In this document: positions 53,676 through 64,000 of the stretch, in pieces
Layout of the letters: each line of letters opens with the position of its first letter
Numbering within the stretch: the stretch's first letter is position 1
From: Ramazzottius varieornatus
Taxonomy: Eukaryota > Animalia > Tardigrada
Reading direction: 5' to 3'
Assembly (NCBI GenBank): GCA_001949185.1
Contig: BDGG01000008.1
Coordinates: 1,488,001-1,552,000, forward strand
Length of the DNA: 64,000 bases
Made by a program: the position numbers and the translations under genes
The notes under the pieces: model-generated
Databases searched by the model: none
Seen by the model: the letters and a program-made list of their open reading frames with translations, nothing else
What the model was told of the DNA's origin: nothing

Positions 53676-55368
53676 TTCGAAGACCGGTCGACCACCCTTC
53701 ACGAGCCGTCTGATCAACACGGCGCACTACCATGTTTTCCATGCCGATACACGTCATCCGAAATCATCATTGCCGGCAATATGACAGAAACGTGTCAGGA
53801 TGTGAAGAGGCCCGTTGAAGCGTGAGGTTATCGCGATGAAAGTTCGCGGGTTATGATTATACCTTGGTTGCCTTATCGCGTCTTCAATAGCCGTCACTAT
53901 CGACTTGCTATCTTACGGCCCCTTAAGTGATACTTGAGCCATCCACCTGGTCGTATTCTTCTTTTATCATCAAAAGAACTTTAGCGAAATAGCCCACAAC
54001 TACGAGTGAGTTGCTATCGCAAATCGAACGTCAACACGTCGAAAAGTGTCAATAAAATCTATCGGCTTTTGCTATCGAGAAAAATAGCAGAAAATCCCCA
54101 TCATGAAAAGCTCCACCTTCAGGCCGAGAGATTTTGAAACCCTGTGACGTCAGCGAACTACAGACGTTATCGCACTGCATAGTCTGATAACAGTGAGTGA
54201 AAACTTTCGACGATTTAGAATTCGAATTCCGTCACGCGCCTAGTTATAATATTTTTCCCTCTTGCAGGGTTGGAAGATTGACTAAACGAAAGATCGTTCG
54301 CCTAGGTCACCGGAAACTGGATATGGATACCGCACTTATTTTACACACCATGAACAGCCTATTCTTCTCCTGCTTGACCTCTTAGGCTATGTCATAAACA
54401 GTTTGGTGAAAGGTACCGGAAATGGACGACAAAGACTGCGAAGTCGAAGTTGTGTTTGCCGAACCCCGATAATTACAAGCTGACAGCGGGGATGGACCAT
54501 GCTGCTTGCGAGAAGGCGACGTGGAGCTCGTTTCCCTGTTCCATGCCAATTGAAAGCAGACACGGTCACTTCTCTCCAGGCTCCAAACAGAGATTAATTA
54601 TAGTTCCGGCCGCAACGCAACACTTCGCCATGGACATGTGCTCATCCTAAATGCATAAATGGCCAATCTTCTTCCTGCCGAGAGGCGACCTCGTGTGAAG
54701 AGCTGAAGAGAACAGATCTGTCACGGTGAAAATGTCCCTGTGCGTGTCATATCCATCCTTAATCCTTTCGCCCACAAATTCCAAATTTCACTTTTGTAAT
54801 CTTTTTGTATTTCCATTCAACCGTCATTTCAACTCTTTCTTCCCTGCCAGTCGTGTAACTTATTTATTTTTTAGAGCATTTCCGATATCATATTCTACTG
54901 AGTTTCGACACTCTCGATTTCGTACTGTACATTTTATTTTCCCATGAATATTCTGTCATTGACAAAATCAGCTTCATTGTGATCTCCATTTCGAGTAACC
55001 CATTAATTTCTGTGCCCGTCGATTTCACACTTCCCTTTTGTTTTACTCTATTTTGTGGTACATCTCGTCTGCTGAAAAACAGGTCGGCACGATTCGTGTT
55101 AATAAAAATGAAACATGTTCAGTATTAAACTTGAAGGCTGTGTCGGCTGGCGGAAGAATTTCTATACAAGAGGAATCGAAGCATACATTCCGGGCAAATC
55201 ACAGATTGAAGCGTAATGGCACATGGAATATTTTTGGAGCTTGTAAGGTTTGGACCGAAAGAGCGAGGAATATTCACAGGGACACAAGTCAGAAGTTTTT
55301 GAAGCAATAAAATATCAAAGCGAAGCTATCTTTGCAGATGAATGAGTAATACATAGATTATACAGAAA

Positions 55369-58300
55369 CTACTGCGGACGAGTAATTTTTATCGGACAGG
55401 AAGCTTGGACAGTTAAGAAATAAGGACCTTCTTGACCAGGGTTGAAAGTGCTCGGTGTAACATTATACACACCACCAGGAACCCCATCCAGCTCCATCAC
55501 AACAAAGCCTGAGCGGTAGGCACCTGTCGACCTTCGAGCGAACAGGTTCTGCGGACAGTTGGAGGAGACCTGAACGAGTTCAAAGCCCACCGAGTACTGC
55601 CTGCAAAGTCAAACGAAGTCACTGGAAATTATAGTTATCACTGTGGTTGAACTGAGACGTGGGCAAATGAATCTGAACACAAACGTTTTCCAAGCGGCGC
55701 ACTTGCTCATTGTTAATGACTAGAAGCACGCGCCACTTGGACAACCTCGACAAGATTGTTTTCCCAAGAGGTGCACTTTTCCAGTGGTATTGGCTGACAG
55801 TGTCCGGCACATGGGATAACAACCTGGGTCGGACCTTTTGACCACGTCTCAACTTCGAAAAGAGAAACCTCACTTTGGTCCTTTGAGAGTGATGAGAATT
55901 TGGTTGTCGGTGTTTGAGTTGTCAATGTGTATCTGGTGGACAGGATTGTTGCGATAAGTGGCAGGGAAGTTGGGGCAACCACCGGCGGTGATGCCTTTCC
56001 ACATCCCGTTGACGACTTGCTGTAATCAAAACCCCATAACGTATTAGCTGTCCTGAGCCGGAAGTGGACGATACGAACCTCTTTGTGGGCATACGTGGAG
56101 TTGATCTTGGTTAGTCGGAATGGTACCGTTGAGTAGCACCTCAACGAGTAGTACATCGTGTTGGTCTTCTCGTATTGCGAGACGACCAACGTGTACTTCT
56201 GCGAAGAACCTTCGGACGCTTTGAGAAGCATCTTGCATAGGTAGAGCGGACTGTTGATTCGAACACCATCGATGAAGGGCGGTGGATCATCTGCGCATAA
56301 TCGTAGAAAAAATACAGTCTCCGCGTTGTTCTGTCTGGATGACGCATGACCAACCACATTTGTGGTAAAAAGCACAGGAAATTCTTACATGGATAGAAGA
56401 CTCGTTTGCCCTCAACCTTGAACACAAGTAGCGTGATGTACTCTTTGTTGTCCGCGAAGTCCTTCCGGTCAGTGATGTGGCGGGTAAGAAGGGCCCATAC
56501 TGCGGCACTGGCCACACCCGATGGGAAGTTGACTTCGAGGCGGAACTGCGGGTTCGAACTCATGTCGTAGATGTCCTTCACTGGACTGGACCCTGCTCGC
56601 CATTCTTGGTGAACTGCGTAGGTGAACTTGAAGAGGGCTGGGTTCCAGTTCAGGTAGAAGACGTCGAAGAAGCGAAGAACCGACGCGTAGTCGATCCAGA
56701 ATACACCTGAAGGGCAAAGATGTTTTGAAGTAAAAGTACACATTTCGATGAAACTATGATAGAGTTAGCTTTGAAAAGAGAAAGATTAATAGTATTCTTG
56801 TTCCTTTCGGCACAGACATTTTTTTTCTTTCTTCTCTGAAATCCGTATGAGCGGTTCTTTAATGACCGAACTTGCCCGCATCTTTCTATGGTTTTTTTCT
56901 AAATTCTATGGAGTGAAGCTAAACATATCTTGACAATTTTACCGTTGTCGAACTGAGCTGCGCTTTCCGGATTGTAGCTCAGCGCGGTCTTCATGGCCGG
57001 CGTCCAGTTCCTGACATCCCGGTCGGAAAAGTTGCCTTTCCATCGAGTGCTACTCCACGGGTTCTTCAGCAGGAACAGCTTCTTGCCTTGGACATCGCGG
57101 ACATCTAGTAGGGCGTACGCATGCGTGGACACCAGGCCGGTCCGTTCGCATTCCTTGTCGGACATCTCACCGGTCGCCACAGTGGCCAAGACGTCACCCT
57201 TTCGATGTCGTTCCGAGATCTTCATAAAGAATTCGTCAGGACGAAATTCTTCACCCTTCTGCTTGACGGCTACTCGCTCTGGAATCCAACTTGTCAAGGC
57301 ATGCAGATCGATATTCTAAATGAGAAAATTGGGAGATTAATCACTTTGAAAACATTCTAAAGATAACCATTATTCTCAAGACAAAACGTTTCAAAAAATA
57401 TTTCAGATATTTCCCGACATAGCTCGAAAAACTCGTTCTCGGCTGATAAAATGACAGAATAAATTTTTGGAATATTTGTCGATAGTAAGAAACGGTGAAA
57501 CGTCAACTTCATGAAACTTATCGATGTGGAATTTCTTCGTACAGAATTTGATCCAGGAAAGTCATATCCGCCCATGACTTTCATGTAGGCTTTCTCTAGT
57601 AGTGACACCCACATCTCGTTCTTGTTGTGCGAGTACGAGCAGAGGATGTCGCCGTAACGCGAAACAGGAAGGAAATCATCGATGACGACCTACGAGGGAA
57701 AAACAAAGCCATATTCAAAATGAAGTGACGCAAACGGACCTTGTTGTGCAGCCGTGTTTTTCACATAACTGTCGCTTTTTTGCCCGTCGAAGATGACAGT
57801 TTTCGACAGGCGATGAAAGCAATCTGACTTGACGAAAAGCGCCCGAAGAAGCCACCCCGTAATTATTTGGGGCACAACCAGGCACCAACGTGATGACAGC
57901 CCACCAAGGCCAACAAACAACGTGGGTATTCAGTTATCGATTGAGCCGAGCCAAACCTGACTCAGCAACAGGTTTCCCAATCAACCCCCACCCAGGCTCA
58001 GTCAGAAAGGCACTCAAACATAGAAGAAAACCGAAAAATATTCAGATGATCGAACTACGGGGAAGGAACTGTATCAAGGACCATTTTGCTGCCCTCACGT
58101 GCATACGTCTAACCACTATAACATGGGGTGTGTTTGTACGCAGGTGCCCGCAAGCTCGGGCCGCGTATAGTACCACCTTTCTCTACGATTCTTTCTACTT
58201 ACTTTGCGTGGAACACCATTGATGTTTAATTTGACCATGTATTTTCCGCTAGGAAGAAGGAAACCGATATTAACCAGCTGAAACTGACATTGATGGATGG

Positions 58301-60122
58301 TTACGAAAGGAGCTCATTCATCCAGTGTGCGACCGGAAGTCGGACCCTGGATGCAACAGTCAGCAAGTCTGAAGTTATGACTCACCTAGGGTTGTAAATG
58401 GGATCGCCTTCACGGTTCTGTGGGTAGATGATGCTGCAAAGAGTCAAGGATAACATTTGGCACGCTAATCTCCCATCAGGCATATAAAGGAAGTATTCAT
58501 GGCCGATGACAAACATTACTCATGTGAATAAATTGGTACCTAGTAATCAGCTTCTTCTTGAAACGCTTCTCGTAGAGCGCGCTTATGGCCAGCGAGGCCA
58601 CGAAGGAGCAGTCAGAGATGATGGATTGCCGGATGGAGAAGGCATCAATGTTGTCGTACATCCTTGGTTCTGCGCAGATCTCCGAAGGTCGTGCCCAACC
58701 TTTGAATGCGCTGAGCTGCTTCGGTGCCAAGGCTAACTTGCCATCTTTGTCACTGCAACCGTACAGAACGCATCAACTCAGTTACTCATGCATCCAGTTA
58801 CCCCAAACTAAAAGCAAATGCCGCCAAATATATTGGAAATCAGTCTTGTTTCTGGAACCTTCTACAAAACCTTTCATCTTGACTTTTCCGGAGACATTTC
58901 TGTCACTTACTTGAAAGGTGTGGGAAACGCCATCTTTTCTTTCACATCCACCGCCATGAATGGAACGTAGTCGCGACCGTTTATCTTTGAGGTCTTCCTG
59001 CAAGAGAACATGGAGATGCGTAGAGAAGTACCTGGAGACGCTTGCCATTGCTTTCAACCAGAACTTCAGTTCATAACTTAAGAGTCTATCTATACTTTGA
59101 CGAACCTCAAAACTTCGATTTCTTCTTTGGTGTACGAATCGCTACCGCTTACGACCAGTTTCGAAGGTCCGTTGATTTTTGCTGTGGTGCTGAACGACGT
59201 GGGCAGCGAGGTGTTGATGTGGGCGTTACCTTGACCAACGTTGGCTGGCAGGGATCTTCGCATGTCAGAAGGGTTGACGGACTTAGAGCCGGTGTCAAGG
59301 TCATTACTGGGGACGGATGGTAGGTTGTTTAGACTGAAGTCCAGCGGAAGAGAGGGTCGACCGGAGCTTCGTTGTTTCTTCAGGTGCTCCGCGCGATCGA
59401 GACATCGGCTGGCGAGCTTGGCTAACTTCGCCTTCAAGGCTTGATCCGCTGTCCGATTGCGCTACAAGCAAAAGCAAACCCGAACTTCATTCATATAACT
59501 CTTTGAACACCGAAGGCAAAATTCTGGAAGTCAAAAACCAAATTGTACCGTTTCGAGACAAAGCTGGATAGCTTCGGTATAGAGCTCGATGGCTCCTGCT
59601 TGGTCCTGTAGCTCGTCTGCGTCCAAAGCTGCGTACAAAAGAAACTCCGCACGTTCCAAATCTATTTGGGATTGGTCCTTAACATTGGAGAGCTCTTTTT
59701 CCTTTCTCGCGATTTCTGAACAACAAGCACATAATCATCGGTCAGACCGGTATGCAGAGTCAAGTAGCATAGCCAAGAAATTAATCATCTCACAACCCGT
59801 ACAATCTCCCGCATGGCGTCATGGTGCTTGGGGCAGTACAGAGCTTACACCATGACGTCATACGTCAACTTCACGGGGTACACAGATTCTGTGACTTACG
59901 TTGCTCTTTCAGTTTTGCAGCTCGATCACGATACTCCTTCAGCTTGGCATCCAGGTTTGGGAAAGGAATGTTTCGGTGTTGGGCTTCCAGGAGCGATTTT
60001 GCCGCCTCGGTATAGTAGTAGATGGCCACTTCGATGTTTCCATCGCGGTCGAACTGGACGGCATGAGTGGCCAACTGGGAAATCTCTTGCGGAAGATCAT
60101 TCGGTGATAAATTGGCCGACAT
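55369..60122 (-). CDS. CAPN7: Calpain-7 (PalB homologue), multi-exon
   Basis: Two N-terminal MIT domains ([21 protein letters not shown]; [13 protein letters not shown]). Catalytic triad in [18 protein letters not shown] and [28 protein letters not shown] and C-terminal [14 protein letters not shown] are also present. Confidence 0.95.
55653..55851. mobile_element. Palindromic MITE-like family copy 10 (two cores), filling most of the last CAPN7 intron
   Basis: Terminal inverted repeat tgagacgtgggcaaa / tttgaccacgtctca. Cores are gcggcgcac-N25-acgcgccac and ggtgcac-N25-gtccggcac. Confidence 0.75.
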
Positions 60123-61034
60123 GGAGCGCCCGAAAGCAAACAAAACTTCTCAATGCCCAATGCGGAGTAAGAGATTCTCTCCGGATGTTTGGCCTTTAAA
60201 TCAGAAAGACGGTCAGCAAGTTGTAAGTGAGATAAAGTTTCATCATCGATTTGTAAACATGGAGATATCCTTCCGTCAATTTGTTGAGCAGCCTGGATGT
60301 CTTGACTCTGGCAGATTACTCATGAGGACAAAGGAGTGCCATGAAAGTTGGACCTATGAGAAAGAAGGAACACTACAAAATGAGCTGGGAGATACAGATG
60401 GAGACTGGACTGGAGAAAGCTGGATGGTAGAAAGCAGAAATCTTGTTTGAGGGCGAGACCAAGAATCAACAATCAAGCGTAGTCCAAATTCTGACTAACG
60501 ACTAACCCTATTACTCACCATGAGCGTGCCCACGCGGGAGTTTGGTAAAGCGATAGGTACAGAGCTGTCAGCATCGAGTGGTTCCCCCTTGGGTTCCCGC
60601 ATCATGTTTGGATTCCAAGCAGCTCTTTTCGGTCAGCCAGCATTCTGACGGACAAATCTCTTTGTCATTAAGAACATATCCAAGGATACCTTGCCAAGTA
60701 GCTCAAGTTTTGGCTGGACTAGGGTTGGCGGGGGCAAGAGTGAGCGAACTACTGTATGATGATTGGCGACCTTCGCACGCAGCCGTTCGTAGTACTTCAT
60801 AGAGAACCAAGACTTCGTGTTTTCAGCGAAAATTTTCCACAAACAAATGTTCTGTTTCTTTCTGTCATTGAGATAGAAGAGACAAGAAAACTGGCTAGTC
60901 AAAATGAAAATTACACCGATAAGTTAGGCAAAGTAATAAGGCATGATATTTGGCAAGAATCCACAGACTTAACAGGGCCTAACAGGCTCTTGTTGGGTAC
61001 CTCGATTTCTCAAGCCAGGGTAATTTCTCAGAAC

Positions 61035-61890
61035 TTATTGAGGCCCGATCTTGGCAGGAACAACAACACAGAAGACAGGAGTTCCGTTCTCGTCCTTAAG
61101 GTTCCATTGCACAACGACACTGACCTGCAAAACGAAGGACCGTTGCAGTTACAGTTCAGTCCGTACGTGGTGTCGAGAGCGCCCATAGTGTCTGGACGTA
61201 ATCGCGTTCTGTGCTGAGAACTATTTTCAGTACTTACCAACGGGTAGATTGACTGGATGAAGAGCGTGTCCTTGTACGTATACATTTGTCCAGGAACCAA
61301 CGGACAGGTGATACCAGAGTCCTTGCAGCCGTTGGAGTTGGGAAGAGGGAACTTGATGGGGATTTTGTTGATGACTCCATGAACCTCAGCGGTCAATTTC
61401 GACGCTGCCGAACCTATTTCCAGGGAACGCAAATGTTTTTGGCCAAGTAGGCTGCTAACCGACATAGTCATCGGTTCGATCACAGAAAGTGGGTTTTGAT
61501 CACGGCGACTAACCTGCGGTGAACTGGACTTCGAACGTCACGTTGGTTCCCCGTTTGAGCTCACACGGTGCTTTCTCGCATGGCGTTACTGTGACCGACT
61601 GGCAAGTTCCACTGGGTGCAGGTATGGCGGTGGCGCTGGGAAGCTTCACGTCCTTACCTATGGAATACCGAACCCAAAGTCACACTGAAAAACATTGGTT
61701 CGTTTTTCGACTGGTTCGAGGTAAAAAGACTGATGGACGATCCCTCTAGTATATATAAAACAGCCTACGAGATTTAAGTATGTATCGGTATATCGAAAAT
61801 ACTCCACTTCTTACTGTTGCAGTTTCGGCATGGCATTTGGACAGCGCAAACCCAGCTTACTAGACAGAAAAGAACAGCAACTCGCAGCAT
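61035..61890 (-). CDS. NPC2: NPC2 / ML-domain lipid-binding secreted protein, 4 exons
   Basis: Signal peptide, then VTPCEKAPCELKRGTNVTFEVQF and PIKFPLPNSNGCKDSGITCPLVPGQMYTY...IYP. The last exon reads VSVVVQWNLKDENGTPVFCVVVPAKIGPQ*. Confidence 0.9.
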
Positions 61891-62524
61891 TTTCCAAACA
61901 GAGAGAGATTCCGCGCCACAAGAAGATCGGATAGAAAAGGTCGACGAAATTGCAATGAGTAAAACATCAGCGAACTTAAGGCAAGCATGCAAACTGAGCT
62001 TTGTATACTGTGGCACCAGTTTTGTTGGAGCTTACCGTATGATTATGAGGCATATGCGGTGGGGTTCGATCTTCAGTCGTGACAAAGAGATAGCTGCTCA
62101 TTCGCGGGATAAGAATCGGATGATAAGATAAATCGAGACAAGGCGGAGTCCCAGCGCTGCCCTGAGTTCTTCGAATTCTCCTAATTACGCCTCGCAGTCA
62201 CTACTCTTTTGGCACTCGCCTCTTCCCCAAAAGACAAAGAGGCTCTTTAGGCCTTCCTTCATTATCAAGCAGGACATATTCCGTGGCAAGTGCTTCTCAT
62301 CGAGACAAACTAACATTGAGACTTGATTGGACGGTAAACCAAGACCTGCATAGTAAAAAAACTAGTACCATGTCTCGCGGCGACAGTGAGGTTTAGCCGT
62401 GAAATCACGGGGATAGTTTGGAAAAAATTGGCACATTTTCTGGTAAATATGTACAAGTAGAAAACGATTTGTATGGGAAAACACTCAAACTAGCTAAAAG
62501 TTCGAAGGATGTTGCAGATTTATT

Positions 62525-64000
62525 TCAGATTTGGAGTTCTTCGCCAGGGAAAAGCGCATCCCAGTCTTTCTTCCAGGGATTTCTCTGCTGTAAGTCCGTC
62601 AGCGCGATACCGTGTGAGTTGGCAATATCCCATGCTGTTTCACCTCTCTGGACAATGTGCATCCTACAACACATTGCAATATAGTGTGATTATCGTGATG
62701 GATCAAAAGGTACAAAGTAACAGGTTAGTCTGATCTTGCAAAGTGGGCTTACTTCGCAGCCTTCCGTTGCAGATTAGGCAAAGCCACGCAAAGCTTCTCG
62801 CCCTGAGTGATAAAGTCAAGGTCCACCTTTCCGGGATTATACTGCCGCAAATCCTGTAAGGAGATATCGAATTGGCGAGCGATATTCCAGGCGGTGTCGC
62901 CACTCTTGACGTGGTAGTAAGTGGCACAAGTGGAGGATTTGGAGAAAGAGCCTAAGCTGGGCGTTGGCCGCTCCACCGCTGGCGCCATTGCTCCACCCTG
63001 CTGCCCTGTCATGTTGAGGAACAGGACCGGAGTGTGCCCACCAGCAGTCTTAGACTCTAACAATGGTGTCGCCAAGACTCTTTTGATGGTTTGTAACAAT
63101 GGGTAACGTGTCTGGAAACATGCCCCACGAAAATCATCTAGGCTCATCTCCCATACAAAGACTCCACCGTATCCACTTTGGCGCACCCACATAGCCTAAA
63201 ACGTGGAAAAATGTTCATAAAAAAGCCAACGGGGAGAAGCAATTTTGATAACACTCAGTACACAAATGTGAGAACGACTGTATAAAATAATTTCGTCCGA
63301 ATTTTTTGAAAGGAAGCGATGCGCACCTTCTGGCGGATACTTTCGACGTCGTCGTAGCTAACCCAAATATTTTGACCATTGGCATGTGGAACTCTGGCAT
63401 AACGGTCGAACTGGCGTTTGAGCTGGCCGGCTTTGATTCCGGCGCAAATCTCAAAGAAGCCATAGTATCCAGGTTCCTCCGTGAAGGCGCCGCCGGGAGC
63501 TGGTCCTAAGGCTGCCACGCCTACGCCAACACTGTCCGGATGGGCCACCGTCCATGCGCGGCCATACAGCGCCAGCCCGACGGAAATGCTTGACTTCGGA
63601 ATACCGGCAATTTCCCATTCTCTCACCAGCGACTCCTGTAACGGTGGCCAACTTTTTATTAATGTGTTTTCCAAACGGAACTTTTATTGGTTGAAACAAC
63701 ACTGGTTGGTTCTACTTACGACGTTTAGACCAAGACTGGGATCCGATGGAGACTTGATCAACGGCGCGTTGTGATTCGTCTTGTTGGGCTCCCATGTGGG
63801 CCCATGGAAGTCATACGCCATCAAGTTGATTATGTCCAGAGTTCTAGGAAAATTATACAGGAGAGGTCAAAGTTTTTACATTCTCTGAAAGTTATCTTTC
63901 CTGCATGAATACCTAGCCATAACAAGAGGGTTGTATCCTCCTCGAGAAATGGAAGAAACCGCCGCAGCAAGCAGGAGACGGGTTCTCGACAGCAGTCGCG
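62525..64000 (-). CDS. GH18 chitinase-like protein with two C-terminal LysM domains (5' part outside window)
   Basis: GH18 segments LDIINLMAYDFHGPTWE, GLALYGRAW, WVSYDDVESIRQK and GYGGVFVWEMSLDDFRG.C..RYPLL. LysM1 is YHVKSGDTAWNIARQFDISLQDLRQYNP. A spliced last exon (62525-~62663) gives LysM2, MHIVQRGETAWDIANSHGIALTDLQQRNP...LFPGEELQI*. Confidence 0.9.

Overview
Eukaryotic, intron-containing DNA from a compact invertebrate genome, with short GT-AG introns and tightly packed genes. A tardigrade-like animal is my guess; this is inference and not provable here. The left block (1-17 kb) is gene-dense: an astacin metalloprotease, a DHDH-like oxidoreductase, a Cys-rich secreted orphan, an intronless prokaryote/fungal-type GH114/TM1410-family glycoside hydrolase tail-to-tail with a GT92 glycosyltransferase, FIP1, and a head-to-head OST4/SEC61G pair. 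The middle (17-55 kb) holds one 4-exon SoxC gene between ~14 kb and ~19 kb gene deserts. These deserts contain CTCF-like motifs, a ~220-bp foldback, a 28S rRNA fragment, and most of at least 9 copies of a palindromic MITE-like family whose core is GTGGCGCAC-N25-GTGCGCCAC, often with a SOX site (CATTGTT) in the spacer. The right block has calpain-7, an NPC2/ML protein and the 3' part of a GH18 chitinase carrying two C-terminal LysM domains. Exon boundaries were read by eye; no database searches were run.
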